The notes beneath the pieces are model-generated. The model was not told the origin of the DNA. It made no database searches and saw only the letters and a program-made list of their open reading frames with translations. A DNA stretch of 64,000 nucleotides, from NCBI GenBank assembly GCA_050248855.1, contig JBFWRP010000012.1:32001-96000 (forward strand), read 5' to 3'. The position numbers were made by a program, and so were the translations under genes. Every line of letters begins with the position of its first letter. The stretch's first letter is position 1. Below, one piece after another: positions 1 through 10,504 of the stretch. The DNA comes from Planctomycetota bacterium. Its GTDB lineage: Bacteria > Planctomycetota > PLA2 > JAEUHO01.

Positions 1-1141
1 CCTCCACCTCGACCAAGCGCATCTCGCCCAGCAGGAACCCGGTAGGGCGGTAGTACGTGACGTACTCCAGCCGGCCGCCGTCTTGCTGCAGCTCGGCGTG
101 GCCGAGGCCGCAGTAGTTCCAGGAGTCCGGCGCCGTGGGGGCGAGCCCTTCGTGGAAGCGCAACGGGGCCGACCACGGTCCCTCGGGTCGCGGGGCCGTG
201 CGCAGCAGCAGGCCGTTCTCGAGCGGCGCGCCGTAGATGGCCAGGTAGCGGCCGAGCGTGGCATTGAAGTGCACCGACACCTGGGGCGCCGCCTGCATGA
301 CCTCGCGCGCCTGCGACGGGTCGCGCACCCAACCCTCGGGGCCGCTCCAGAACTCCCACTTGTCCTTGGCGAACGCGTCCGCGAAGCGCACGCGCGCCAG
401 GAGACACGGCCACGTCAGCCCGACCGTCTGCACGCAGTAGACGTAGATCCAGCCGTCGTCGACGAAGGCGCCCTGCCCGAGCACCAGCTCGTCTTTCAAG
501 AACAGGAGGGTCGGCTCCTTAGCGTCGGGATGAAGGATCGGACGCTCCAACGGCGCCTCGGGGCGAGGCCAGCGCGCCAACGAGGACCCCACCAGCTCGA
601 AGTCCCAGGCGCCGCTGCCGCACAGCAGCTTGCCGTAGAACACGAGCGCCTCGCCCGTGGTCGGATCCACCACGATCGGCCCCGGCCAGAGGGCGAAGCG
701 CTGGCGCGCCTCGCCGAGCGCTTCGAGGTTGTGCTCGGCATTGAACGCCGCTTCGTCGTCGGTGAACGGAAGGAGCTCGGCGGGTGCGCCGGATGCATCC
801 AGCGGCTCGGTCAGGGGCTTCAGGCCGTCGCTCGGATCGTCGTCCGTCGTCTCGCACCACGTGCTGGATCGCCAGCGCTCGCCGTCCTCGGCCGCCGTGG
901 CCAGCACCGTGTCGCCAAACGCCCACACCGACGCGTCGCCGAACCGCGCGCTGTAGCCGCCGTCGCGCGCACGGATCGAGGGCACGAACGCAAGCGGCCC
1001 GATCTCGCGCACCGCGACGACCTTGGCCTCCGCGGGCGGCGGGTGCAAGGGCGAAGGTTCGCGACCGCAACCGGTTCCCAAGCCCGAACCCGCGACGAGC
1101 AAGAGGAGACCGATCGTGCTGGCGCGTCGATAGAACGCCAC
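1..1141 (-). CDS. DUF4185-like lipoprotein (runs off the left edge)
   Basis: Read manually (absent from the ORF track): GTG at 1141, VAFYRRASTIGLLLLVAGSGLGTGC signal/lipobox-like, then RDGGYS...WAFGDT, WIYVY, WEFWSG, LRTAPRPEGPWS motifs. Confidence 0.7.
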   Translation of the reverse strand, partial: MAFYRRASTIGLLLLVAGSGLGTGCGREPSPLHPPPAEAKVVAVREIGPLAFVPSIRARDGGYSARFGDASVWAFGDTVLATAAEDGERWRSSTWCETTDDDPSDGLKPLTEPLDASGAPAELLPFTDDEAAFNAEHNLEALGEARQRFALWPGPIVVDPTTGEALVFYGKLLCGSGAWDFELVGSSLARWPRPEAPLERPILHPDAKEPTLLFLKDELVLGQGAFVDDGWIYVYCVQTVGLTWPCLLARVRFADAFAKDKWEFWSGPEGWVRDPSQAREVMQAAPQVSVHFNATLGRYLAIYGAPLENGLLLRTAPRPEGPWSAPLRFHEGLAPTAPDSWNYCGLGHAELQQDGGRLEYVTYYRPTGFLLGEMRLVEVE

Positions 1142-1168
1142 GCGAACAGCGGCCGTCCTCATCTTGGG

Positions 1169-2221
1169 TTACTTCGGTGCAGGCTTCGCACGGTCCGCTT
1201 CCGGCGGTGCGGGAGGACGCGGCAGGTCCCAGCGCCAGAGTCGGCCCGCGCGAATCGCGAGCACGTGCCGACCCCTCGCGGTGAACGCCACGCGCGAGGC
1301 ACCCTCACCGGGTGGCGACTCGACGACGGGAGCCTTGCCGGCGAGTCGTTGCAGGACGACGTTCCCGTCAGCGAGAGCGAACGCCATCGTGCCGTCCGGC
1401 CCGACATCGGCCGCGAACGCCATCGTTGCAAGAGCCGACAGGGTGTGCGTCGGCGCAGGCGGCGCCCGGACCTCCTTCGGAACGTGCGCCGTGGGCCAGA
1501 CGTTGATCGTGTCGGCGAAGAGCTTGGAGGCGAGGAACGCCGAGCCATCGCGCGTGAAGGCCACGTACCAGCCGTAGCTGCCGGGACCCGAGAACTCGTA
1601 GCGAATGCGACCGGTGGCCAGCTCGACGAGCAGGCAGTCCAGGTTTCAGCCGTCTGCGATGCCGAGCACGGCCAAGCCCGCCCCGGCATGGAGGCTCGCC
1701 TTGACGACGGCGCGCTTCTCGGCGACCCGCTGGCGGGCCAGCTCCTCGCCCGTCGCTGCGTTCCACTCCACGATGGCGCCCGCCTTGTCGATCGTCACGA
1801 GTCGGGGCGGCGCGTCGGCGAAGGCAAAGGCCACGGGCCGCTCCATGCGCCAGAGCGCCGTGCCGTCATCACCGCCGAGCACGAGGAGTTCGCCCGCCAC
1901 GGCGGCGGCCACGACGTCGCCTCGCGGCGAGGCCGAAAGCTCGTCCGCGGCGCCACCGCCCGTGCGCCCGCGCCAGGCGACGGCGCCCGTCACGTCCACG
2001 CGCAGCACCTGCCCGTCCTCGAGCCCGACGAGCACCTCGTCGGCCGCGGACCCGCAGGCCAGGGTCCTGGCGGCAGCCGGGAGCTCGATCGCCCGCGCCG
2101 GGATCGCCGGCGGGGCGAGCTCGCACGTGGCCCGGATCGGCGCCGTGGGTGCATCCTCGGCGCGAAGGTCCGTCGTCCCCAGCACGCAGGCGACGCACAA
2201 CCAAGCGAGGCAACGCATCAT
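1169..2221 (-). CDS. Secreted WD40/beta-propeller-like protein with in-frame TGA at 1646-1648 (Sec candidate or nonsense mutation)
   Basis: ORFs 1646..2287 and 1169..1564 are in one frame, joined by IADG*NLDCLLVELATGRIRYEF; WD-like motifs (SASPRGDVVAAA, IVEWNAATGE, VAFTRDGS) occur on both sides. Confidence 0.65.
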
Positions 2222-2291
2222 GACCTCCCGCGCCGAGTCTACGGGGCGGTCCCGGGGCCGGTGGGTGGGACGCTTCTGGAGGGTCACCGTC

Positions 2292-5200
2292 GTGCGACGA
2301 GCCGTCGTGGGTCTGCTCCTTGCGCTCGCGTTCCTGCCGCCGCCCGCGCATGCGGGCGAGGATCTCGCCCAGCAGCCGGTCGACGAGCTGATCGACTTGC
2401 TGGAGGCGGACGGGTGGGTGCGCGTGGAGGCCGCCGAGGCGCTCGCCGGACGCGCGGACGCACGCGTGCCCGCCGCCCTGAAGGCCAGGCTGGAGGTGGA
2501 GGAGGACTTCCACGCCCGGCTCGCCCTGCACTACGCCCTGGCCCGCCATGGCGAGAGGTCCAGCGTGTATCCGCTCGTGCAGTCCCTCGAGCGGACCGGA
2601 CACCTGGGCTCCGTCTACCTGGGGTGGCTCGTGGGCCGCTTCGGCAAGGATCACGGCTGGGACCGTGACGGCTGGAAGGCGTGGATCGACGGCGTGACCG
2701 ACGAGACGTGGCGGGGCTGGCAGGCGCGCCGGCACCTCCCGTGGGTTGCCAGCGACGCCGACGAGGCCGGGCTCGCGGAGGCCGTGGCGTGGTGGGACGG
2801 GCTCGGCTACCCCGATGTCGGTAGCCTGCCCTTCGTCCTCGTCCAGGCGTACATCGCGCGCGAGGAACTCGAGCTCGTCGAGATCGACCTCGTCGAGAAC
2901 GGCGTCGAGCCGCCTCCTCCGCCTCCTCCGCCCCCGGGTGCACCGGCGTGGTTGCTCGAGGACGATGGCGTGCGCTTCCGGCTGTTCACGCACGGCCTGG
3001 AGCGTCTCTCCATCCCGCACGGCCCCCCGCGCGACTGGCCTCGGCGCGGCACCTACGAACGCGTCGACGTCGGGGCCTTCGTGCGCGATGCCATCGCCGA
3101 CTCGCCCCGACTCGAAGCCGGAATCTCCTCCTCGGACCGCTCGACCGGAACGCCTCCGCAGGACGCAGGCCTTTGGACTGCCAGCTACTGGGGCGGCGCC
3201 GGCGACCCGATGAGGCTCGCGCCCTACGCCCCGCCCGACTGGTTTCGCGCCTTCCCGCTCGCCGTGGCCTGTTGGAAGCAGGGGGCCAAGGACGCGGCCC
3301 TGGCGCTCTGGTCCCGCTTGGCCCTGGAGCGCCCGCGGGGCACGCCGGCTCCGCCGTGGAAGGCGCTCGACTACGTGCGCGAAGCGATGCAGGAGGAAGA
3401 GGCCAAGCACCTCATCGAGGCGTTCGGCGACGAAGAGCTGACCACGGAGGACGTGCTGCAGCTCCACCGGACGTTCCTCGCGCGCTACGGCGCGCACGAC
3501 GCCGCCGAGGCCCGCCTACGCGTTCTCGAGCGCATGGTGGCGGAGGACATGGCCCGCCGCACGGAGGCCCCTCCGCTGAAGGACGGGACCCGCAGCCTCG
3601 CGGACGAAGTCGACGCGCTCGTCGTCCGCCTGCGCGAGCCCGGTGCCGCGATCGACCCCACGTGGACGTTGCGGCGCCCGGACGAGCCCGTGCCCGAAAC
3701 GGCGTTCTCGCGGCTGGTCGACATCGGTTTCGCCGCGGTGCCGCGACTCCTCGCCGCCCTCGGCGACGACACGCTGACGCGCTCCGTGATCGAGCACGAC
3801 TCCGGGAAGATGCAGTGGGAGGGCTGGATGCACGTGGAGCGCGTGGCCGATGTCGCCCTGCGCGCGTTGCAGCGCATCAGCGCGCGTTCGTTCGGCGAGG
3901 ACGTGGTGCGCTACCCGATCGTGAGCGGTGGCCGCGGATCGATCGTGGACGAGGGCCGTGTCGACGAGGTGAGGGAGCACGTGGAGGCGTGGTGGCGCAC
4001 CTGCCAGGAGAAAGGCGAGGCCGCCACGCTCGCCGAGCTCGTCGGACGCGGTGGGCGGGAAGCCCTCGAGTCGGCACGGCTCCTCGTCGAACGTCACCCC
4101 GAGGCGGCGGCCGCGGCACTGATCGAGGGCATTCCGGCCACGACCGATCCCTGGGCCCGCGACAGGCTGGTGGCGCTTCTCGCCCGTGCCCCGGGGCCCG
4201 AGACCACCGAGTTCCTCCAGCGCGAGATGCTCGGCTGCCCGACGCTCCGAAGCCGCGTGGCCGCCGCCCGTGCCCTGTACGAGCTCGATGACCCGATGGC
4301 CCTCGAGGCCATGACGCGCGAGTGGACGCAGCTAGCCGCGGCTCCGACGGAGCCCGGCCGTGCGCGGGGCGAACGGATCTCGCAGGACCTCATCGAGTTC
4401 CTCGCCACCAGCGGGCGGGGGGAGGCGATCCGCCTGTTGATGCATGACGTCGCCGCCCTGCCTGTCCGCGTGCGGCTCGGCATCGTGGACGCAATGCGCT
4501 TGGCCGCGGGCTTGGAGGAGCCCTTCGGGGGCCCGGCCCCGGCCCCGGCGCCACCCCACGTGATGTCGGCGGTCGAGGACGTCTTGCTGGCGCTCGTGCT
4601 CGACGAGAGCGAGCCGGACCAGGGCCTCCAGGCCAGTGGGCCCAGCGTGCGTGCCGCCAACCCGTGCCTCGGCGACGAGGCGGCGAGCACGCTGGCCGCC
4701 CTCTGGCCCGATCGCTACGCGTTCGATGCAACAGGCTCGCGCGCTGCGCGGCGCCGCGCGCGGGTCGCCGCCGCCAACGTGGGGCGGAGGGCACGGGGCG
4801 AGGAGCTCCTGCCCCTGCCTCCCGCGTCCGCGGCGCCGCCGGCCGTGCCCGTCGCCGAGGCGGAGCCCCTGCTCGAGGCCTTCCTCGGTGCGACGGACGA
4901 GGGAGCGCAGGCCACGGCGCGTCGGGCCCTGGTCGAGCGAGGCCTCGGGCTGCTGCCCTCGATCGTGAGGCGACTCGCGGCAGTCGCCCCCGATGCGCCC
5001 GAACGCGCCGCCCTGCAGACGATCGCCCACGAGCTGGGCAACCGCGTCGTCGAGGTCGTCTTCGACGGCGCCGGCCCCGAGCCCGACGATGCGTTCCGCA
5101 AGGCGGCCACCTCGCTCGAGGGTCGTCCCCTGACCGGAACGGCCTTCGTCGGGTTGCTCCTCCACGTCACGCGCGACACGCCTCCGGGCAGCGTCGGCGC

Positions 5201-5483
5201 GCGGATCACCGTCCGGCGAGACAGCGATCTGTCGGGCGTGACGCTTCTCGTACGACTCTTGGACCAGCCCGCCGCCCAGCCCGGCACGCAGAAGGGCTGG
5301 GACATGCACCAGAACCTGCGGGTGGGCGGGATGGGTCTGGTCGGCGGCGCCGGGGGCTTCTCGCTGGAGTACGGCCGCAAGGACGAGGCGTGGTCGGACT
5401 ACGCGGCGGCCCTCGACCAGGCACTGGCCCGGCCGGTCCACGAGGTCATCGAGGGGGATGTCCTCGTGCGTCGCGAGCGATGA
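2292..5483 (+). CDS. Large secreted HEAT-repeat protein
   Basis: GGAGG upstream of GTG 2292; signal peptide (..PPPAHA); HEAT-like motifs WVRVEAAEALA, AAVPRLLAALGD, RVAAARAL. Confidence 0.75.
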   Translation: MRRAVVGLLLALAFLPPPAHAGEDLAQQPVDELIDLLEADGWVRVEAAEALAGRADARVPAALKARLEVEEDFHARLALHYALARHGERSSVYPLVQSLERTGHLGSVYLGWLVGRFGKDHGWDRDGWKAWIDGVTDETWRGWQARRHLPWVASDADEAGLAEAVAWWDGLGYPDVGSLPFVLVQAYIAREELELVEIDLVENGVEPPPPPPPPPGAPAWLLEDDGVRFRLFTHGLERLSIPHGPPRDWPRRGTYERVDVGAFVRDAIADSPRLEAGISSSDRSTGTPPQDAGLWTASYWGGAGDPMRLAPYAPPDWFRAFPLAVACWKQGAKDAALALWSRLALERPRGTPAPPWKALDYVREAMQEEEAKHLIEAFGDEELTTEDVLQLHRTFLARYGAHDAAEARLRVLERMVAEDMARRTEAPPLKDGTRSLADEVDALVVRLREPGAAIDPTWTLRRPDEPVPETAFSRLVDIGFAAVPRLLAALGDDTLTRSVIEHDSGKMQWEGWMHVERVADVALRALQRISARSFGEDVVRYPIVSGGRGSIVDEGRVDEVREHVEAWWRTCQEKGEAATLAELVGRGGREALESARLLVERHPEAAAAALIEGIPATTDPWARDRLVALLARAPGPETTEFLQREMLGCPTLRSRVAAARALYELDDPMALEAMTREWTQLAAAPTEPGRARGERISQDLIEFLATSGRGEAIRLLMHDVAALPVRVRLGIVDAMRLAAGLEEPFGGPAPAPAPPHVMSAVEDVLLALVLDESEPDQGLQASGPSVRAANPCLGDEAASTLAALWPDRYAFDATGSRAARRRARVAAANVGRRARGEELLPLPPASAAPPAVPVAEAEPLLEAFLGATDEGAQATARRALVERGLGLLPSIVRRLAAVAPDAPERAALQTIAHELGNRVVEVVFDGAGPEPDDAFRKAATSLEGRPLTGTAFVGLLLHVTRDTPPGSVGARITVRRDSDLSGVTLLVRLLDQPAAQPGTQKGWDMHQNLRVGGMGLVGGAGGFSLEYGRKDEAWSDYAAALDQALARPVHEVIEGDVLVRRER

Positions 5484-5767
5484 CCTGCCTGGCGGGTGCC
5501 TCGCTCCGTGCGAGGCCGCGGACCTTCCCCTTCCGGACCGCTCCGCGTCGGCCTGACCTGCCCAGGCCGGTGGGGCGCGACAACCGGGACCAAAGTCGTC
5601 CGGGTGCCCGGAGCCGTTCGGATCCCCGCGACGTGCCGGCTTCGCGCCCCAGGCATGCCGCCGCTGCGCGGCGGCGGGCGATCGCGCCGGGGCCGGACCC
5701 GCTACGATGCTGCGCTCGCGGGAGCCGCGCCGCAGCACGCGGCTCGCGACGCCGCGGTGGAATCGCC

Positions 5768-6940
5768 ATGCGCACGTTCCTCTCCACGCTGCTCGCACTC
5801 GTCTCGCTGCTGGGCGCCGCGGGCCTCGCCAGCGCCAAGGAGCCCGCACCGCTTCGCGGGCGTCCCATCGAAGACCAGCCGACGACGGTCAGCGTGGCGC
5901 TCAACGAGCACTTCAGCTGGGTGCTGCCCCTGCCGCAGCGCTTCTGGCACATGGCGCCCCGGCACTCGCCGCACTTCGCCACGAGCCTCGCGGGCAACGG
6001 GCTGATCCTGCAGTACTTGAACGACATCGGGGGCAGCGTGGCCATGCTGTACGTGGGCGCCGTGCCGCTGCCGCCTGCCGAGCCCGACGAGGCGCCTCGC
6101 GATCGCGCCCAGCGCGCGGCGACCGACTTCGCCAGGACGCTCGGTGCGTCCTACCAGCGCGTCGGCTGGACGATCAGCAGCGGCGACGTGGCGCTCATGC
6201 CCGCCTCGTTCAAGCTGATGGGCAAGCAGGTCGCGGGCTGGCGGACGAAGGACTACGTCTCCCGTCCGGAGGACTACCAGGGGCCCGAGTCCGTGTTCCA
6301 GGGGGCATGCGTGCTGTTCCAGCCGCCCGGTGCCGAAGTGCTCTGCTACGCGGCGCTCGACTTCAAGGCGGGCGGCACGCGGCTGGACGTCGCCATCGCC
6401 AAGATGGACGTCAAGCGCACGCAAGGCTTGAACGCCCAAGGCCGTCGCGTGCAACTGAACGACCTCGTCGAGTCGGCGGAGGGTCGCTACCCGGTCCGTC
6501 TCCTGGCCTTCGACATGCCGCCGCGCTTCGTGCCGACGCCCGCGATCGCCAAGCTCCCTGGCGTCTGGGTGTATGCCGAAGAGCGTCTGCCCGAGCGCGG
6601 CGGGTGGCCCGACGCGATCCTCAAGATCGAAGGCGTCACCCTCCCGAAGGGCCAGTCGGTGCGCGAGTACGCCCAAGGACGCAAGAGTGCGCTGGGCGGC
6701 GACCGGGACGCCCACCTCGAGGAGGTCCCGCTCGCAGTCGAAGGCCACAAGGGCTACCTTTTCGCGCACCCGGCCGTGGGCGAGCCGCCGGGCGTCAAGG
6801 CGCACTCGGCCGTCGTGTTGCTCGACGACCAGCTCCTGACCTTCACCTGGGTCACGCGCGGCGACGCCCGCTTGGCGGCAGCCGACCACGACGGCCTCGT
6901 CAAGCTGCTGCGCAGCGTGCAGATGGCCGTGCGCTGGTAG
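5768..6940 (+). CDS. Hypothetical secreted protein
   Basis: MRTFLSTLLALVSLLGAAGLASA signal peptide; host-like codon usage. Confidence 0.7.
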   Translation: MRTFLSTLLALVSLLGAAGLASAKEPAPLRGRPIEDQPTTVSVALNEHFSWVLPLPQRFWHMAPRHSPHFATSLAGNGLILQYLNDIGGSVAMLYVGAVPLPPAEPDEAPRDRAQRAATDFARTLGASYQRVGWTISSGDVALMPASFKLMGKQVAGWRTKDYVSRPEDYQGPESVFQGACVLFQPPGAEVLCYAALDFKAGGTRLDVAIAKMDVKRTQGLNAQGRRVQLNDLVESAEGRYPVRLLAFDMPPRFVPTPAIAKLPGVWVYAEERLPERGGWPDAILKIEGVTLPKGQSVREYAQGRKSALGGDRDAHLEEVPLAVEGHKGYLFAHPAVGEPPGVKAHSAVVLLDDQLLTFTWVTRGDARLAAADHDGLVKLLRSVQMAVRW

Positions 6941-7089
6941 GACGCACGGTCAGCGTTCAGCCCCTCAGGTGCAGATGTGCGGCTCGCCAGATGCTCGGTC
7001 CCGCACCAGCATCGGCTCCTCGAGGCCCTGCCTCCTGCGCGGCCTGCCAAGGCAGGCCGACGCGCGACGTCGGGGCGGGGGCGCGCGTG

Positions 7090-7464
7090 CTACGTGCCCT
7101 TGGCGTAGCCGCTGGCCCCGTACCAGTCGATCACCACGACGGGCTCGTCCCCGACGACCCAGGCGTCGTGGCCGCTGGGCAGCGACGTGATGTCACCCGG
7201 CCCCGCGACCAGCTCGCGCCCGTCGTCCATGCGGATCGCCAGCTTGCCGCTCACGTGGTACTGGAAGTGCGGCGCCTCGCAGCTCTTCGTCTTCACGAGC
7301 GGCTTCAGGTCCGTGGACCAGCGCCAGCCCGGTTCGAAGACGAGGCGGCCGACCTCCGCGCCACCGATGCGCAGGATCTCGGCGCGGCCGTTGGGGAAGG
7401 TGCGGACCTCGTCGGGCCGCGCGTAGGACTTGTGCTCCGTCATCTGTTTCGTGGACATCGCCAT
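7090..7464 (-). CDS. Cupin domain protein
   Basis: FEPGWRWS..SCEAPHFQYHVSG and GDITSLPSGHDAWVVG cupin motifs. Confidence 0.85.
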   Translation of the reverse strand: MAMSTKQMTEHKSYARPDEVRTFPNGRAEILRIGGAEVGRLVFEPGWRWSTDLKPLVKTKSCEAPHFQYHVSGKLAIRMDDGRELVAGPGDITSLPSGHDAWVVGDEPVVVIDWYGASGYAKGT

Positions 7465-7890
7465 GGTTTGCTCCCGCGGGGGTGCGACCCCCGGCAAGGC
7501 CCGCGAGCGTAGCGCTCGCCGCCAGGCGGCCGCCAGTGTGCATTCACCCCCTGGCGTGGGTGGGTTCGGCATGTCAGCTCGCCGTGCCCGCGGCAAGGCA
7601 TGTAGGGAGGCGGGGAGCTCATCCGCAGCGTGCCGCCCTGTTCGCTCCCCTGCGGACGCGCCACCGTCGCCCTTGCGAGCCGACGCGGGCCGGACGCCCG
7701 CCGGAGGCCCACGTCAAGATCGAGCGCACGTCCTCCGGATGGAAGCTCGGGAACCAAGGCGTACGGGCCACGGGCTGGCGGCCCGGGATGCGGGGCGGGC
7801 CCACGGCGTGCCTCCCGGCATGGCGGCCATCGTTGCCGGGTGCCCGGGCGCCGGCGTAACGTGCCCGCCGAATCCGCGCCGGGAGGCTCC

Positions 7891-8316
7891 ATGGAGCTCC
7901 GCCGAACGATCGACATCCACGCATCGCCCGAGCGCGTATGGGCCGTCATGGCCGACGTGACGCGTTGGCCCGAGTGGACGGCCAGCGTCACCAGCGTGGA
8001 GCTCCTGGACGCGACGGAGCTGCGCATGGGGGGGCGCGCCGCCATCCGCCAGCCCAAGCTGCCGCCCGCCACGTTCACGGTGACCGCGCTCGAAGCGAAC
8101 CGCGGCTTCACCTGGCAGACGGGCAACGCCGTCGTCCGCGCGACGGCCCGCCACGAGATCGAACCGACGCCCGAGGGCTCGCGGGTCACGTTGGCCGTCC
8201 GCTTCGGAGGCCTGCTCGGCTGGCTGATGGGGCGGCCCTACCGCACGCTCACCCTCCAGTACCTGGAGATGGAAGCCGAGGGGCTGAAGGCCGAGAGCGA
8301 GCGCGAGGCGGGGTAG
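7891..8316 (+). CDS. SRPBCC / polyketide cyclase family protein
   Basis: GGAGG RBS; IDIHASPERVWAVMADVTRWPEW; HEIEPTPEGSRVT. Confidence 0.85.
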   Translation: MELRRTIDIHASPERVWAVMADVTRWPEWTASVTSVELLDATELRMGGRAAIRQPKLPPATFTVTALEANRGFTWQTGNAVVRATARHEIEPTPEGSRVTLAVRFGGLLGWLMGRPYRTLTLQYLEMEAEGLKAESEREAG

Positions 8317-8517
8317 CGCCCTTCGTGCGTCGGCGCCTCCCCGGGCCGCAGAGCCCGTGAGCCCGGGTCACCCGGGACCCAAGTCGTCCGGGGGGCCGGG
8401 AACGCTCGGCTTCGCCTCCGTGCGCGCGCAGGGCCCGGCCCCGTCTGGCTTCGGCGGCCCGATTCCCGGGCTGCGCCACGATTGACGGCCGAGCGGCCCG
8501 CCCGACCTTCCACCGCG

Positions 8518-9822
8518 ATGAGCACCGCCGCCCTGCCCCTGGTCCAGGCCTTCATCGAACGCGACGCGCACGCCGCCGGTCGCACGATCGAGCTGCTCGA
8601 GGAGGAGGAGGGACTGGCGCTCCTCGCCTCGCTCCCGTCCGACGCCGCCGCCCGGGTCCTGCCGGCCGTGCCGGCGCGGCTCGCGGGCCACGCGCTGGTG
8701 GCGTTCGAGGCCGAAGCACGCGCAGCCACGCTGGCCCGGCTGGAACCGGGTCAGATCGCTGCCGTGCTCATGGCCCTCACGGAGGAGGAGCGAGCGACCA
8801 TCGTCGACGCCCTGGACGCCAAGGCCAAGGAGCGTGTGCGCGAGCTGCTCACGTACCCGGAAGGAAGTGCCGGGCGCATCATGAGCACCGAGTTCATCGC
8901 CTTCCACATCGACCAGAGGGTGTCCGACACCATCGAGCAGATCCGGGCCCTGGCAGCCAAGGGCGTGCCGCCGTCCTACGGCTACATCCTGGATCGCGAG
9001 GACAAGCTCGCCGGCGTGATCAACATGCGTGACCTCGTGATCACGCCCGGGCACACGACGCTCGACGCGTGTGCGCGACGGGATGTGTTCACGCTGACGC
9101 CCTTCATGAGCCGCGAGGAGGTGCTGGACGCGCTGACGGCCCGCCGCTTCTTCGCCGCGCCGGTCGTGGATGCCGAGGGGCACATGCTCGGCGTCATCCG
9201 TGCTTCGCAGCTGGTGGGGGAGGCCCAGAGCGAGGCCGGCGAGGACATGCTCAAGATGTTCGGCGTCGGCGGCGACGAGCGGCCGTTCTCCCCGGTGTCG
9301 TACTCGCTGAAGAAGCGCCTCCCCTGGCTCCACGTGAACCTGCTGACGGCGTTCATGGCCGCCGGCGTCGTGGCCATGTTCGAGGACCTGATCGCCCGGA
9401 TCACCGTGCTGGCCGTGTTCCTCCCCGTGGTCGCCGGCCAGGGCGGCAACGCGGGCGCGCAGTCCCTGGCCGTCGTGATGCGCGGGCTCGTCATGCGCGA
9501 GATCCCGAAGTCCAAGGGCCTCAGGCTCGTGGCCAAGGAGGGCCTGATCGGCACGATCAGTGGGGTGGTTACCGGCTTGGTGACGGGACTCGTCGCCATG
9601 GTCTGGCATGGCAACCCCATGTTCGGCGTCGTGATCGGCCTGGCCATGATCATCAACCTGATGGCTGCGGGGGTGTCGGGCGCCGCGATCCCGCTGCTCA
9701 TGAAGCGCCTGGGCCTCGACCCCGCCCAGTCCTCCAACATCATCCTGACCACCGTCACCGACGTCGTCGGCTTCTTCGCCTTCCTCGGCATCGCCATGCT
9801 CTTCCAGTCCAGCCTGGTGTAG
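8518..9822 (+). CDS. mgtE: Magnesium transporter MgtE
   Basis: YPEGSAGRIMSTEF, CBS pair, KRLPWL, GQGGNAGAQS, GLDPA, TTVTDVVG. Confidence 0.93.
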   Translation: MSTAALPLVQAFIERDAHAAGRTIELLEEEEGLALLASLPSDAAARVLPAVPARLAGHALVAFEAEARAATLARLEPGQIAAVLMALTEEERATIVDALDAKAKERVRELLTYPEGSAGRIMSTEFIAFHIDQRVSDTIEQIRALAAKGVPPSYGYILDREDKLAGVINMRDLVITPGHTTLDACARRDVFTLTPFMSREEVLDALTARRFFAAPVVDAEGHMLGVIRASQLVGEAQSEAGEDMLKMFGVGGDERPFSPVSYSLKKRLPWLHVNLLTAFMAAGVVAMFEDLIARITVLAVFLPVVAGQGGNAGAQSLAVVMRGLVMREIPKSKGLRLVAKEGLIGTISGVVTGLVTGLVAMVWHGNPMFGVVIGLAMIINLMAAGVSGAAIPLLMKRLGLDPAQSSNIILTTVTDVVGFFAFLGIAMLFQSSLV

Positions 9823-9884
9823 CGAGGCCGCGGCGGCACGCGTCCCGGCGCCCGCTCGGCTACGTTGGCCTCCCAGGAGCCTGC

Positions 9885-10328
9885 ATGCGCGCACTTCCCC
9901 TGATCGTGAGCGTGACGGCCCTCGTCGTGGCCATCCTGGCCTACAACCGATCGCCCTCGGCGATGACGTCCCTCCCCGGCAAGGGCCTGGATGCGTACGA
10001 CCTGTCGGAGCCGCGCGCGGCGTGGAAGGCACAGTTCGCGATGCAGGAGGCCGTCGACTTCCGGGCCATGAGCGAGCTCGGCCTCCTCGCATCCAAGGAG
10101 CGCCGTGAGACGGCCGAGGTCATCGACACCGCGCCCTACGGCGAGGAGGTGATCCTCTTCCTCCGCCACAAGGAGAGCGGCAAGACCAAGCAGACCACGC
10201 GGGGCATGAAGAAGCTCCCCGGCCACGACGTGTGGATGGAGGACTACGTCTCTTCCTACGAGGTCCGCGCCTTCGACGAGGATCTCTCCCAGCGCATGAA
10301 GGACTGGGAGGACGGCAGCGAGAAGTGA
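9885..10328 (+). CDS. Hypothetical protein with N-terminal TM/signal segment
   Basis: AGGAG RBS; MRALPLIVSVTALVVAILAY; strong GC3 codon usage. Confidence 0.7.
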   Translation: MRALPLIVSVTALVVAILAYNRSPSAMTSLPGKGLDAYDLSEPRAAWKAQFAMQEAVDFRAMSELGLLASKERRETAEVIDTAPYGEEVILFLRHKESGKTKQTTRGMKKLPGHDVWMEDYVSSYEVRAFDEDLSQRMKDWEDGSEK

Positions 10329-10504
10329 GGTAGCTCGCCGGGCGCCTCACCCCCCCGCGCGCCGAAGAAAGTACGGCGCGAAAGTACGGCGCCGGGGCAG
10401 CTCCCATCAGCGAGGCAGCCTGCGCATGGATCTGGTGGCCTTCCCTCCGGCGCCCGGAGGTCTCCGCGATGCGTCCGCAGCGCGGGCCTGTAGGGTGGAA
10501 CCTC

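Noticed and set aside
83..2668. 861-aa plus-strand ORF, and similar long ORFs (5707..7512, 31902..34175, 43647..45404, 57753..59567, 61055..62920)
   Set aside because: Arg/Gly/Ala-rich shadow frames overlapping or antisense to motif-bearing genes; expected in very high-GC DNA
10368..10392. AAAGTACGGCGC x2 upstream of the AhpC-like gene
   Set aside because: A short tandem with only a partial match to the att-associated motif and outside the element; not enough support for a function
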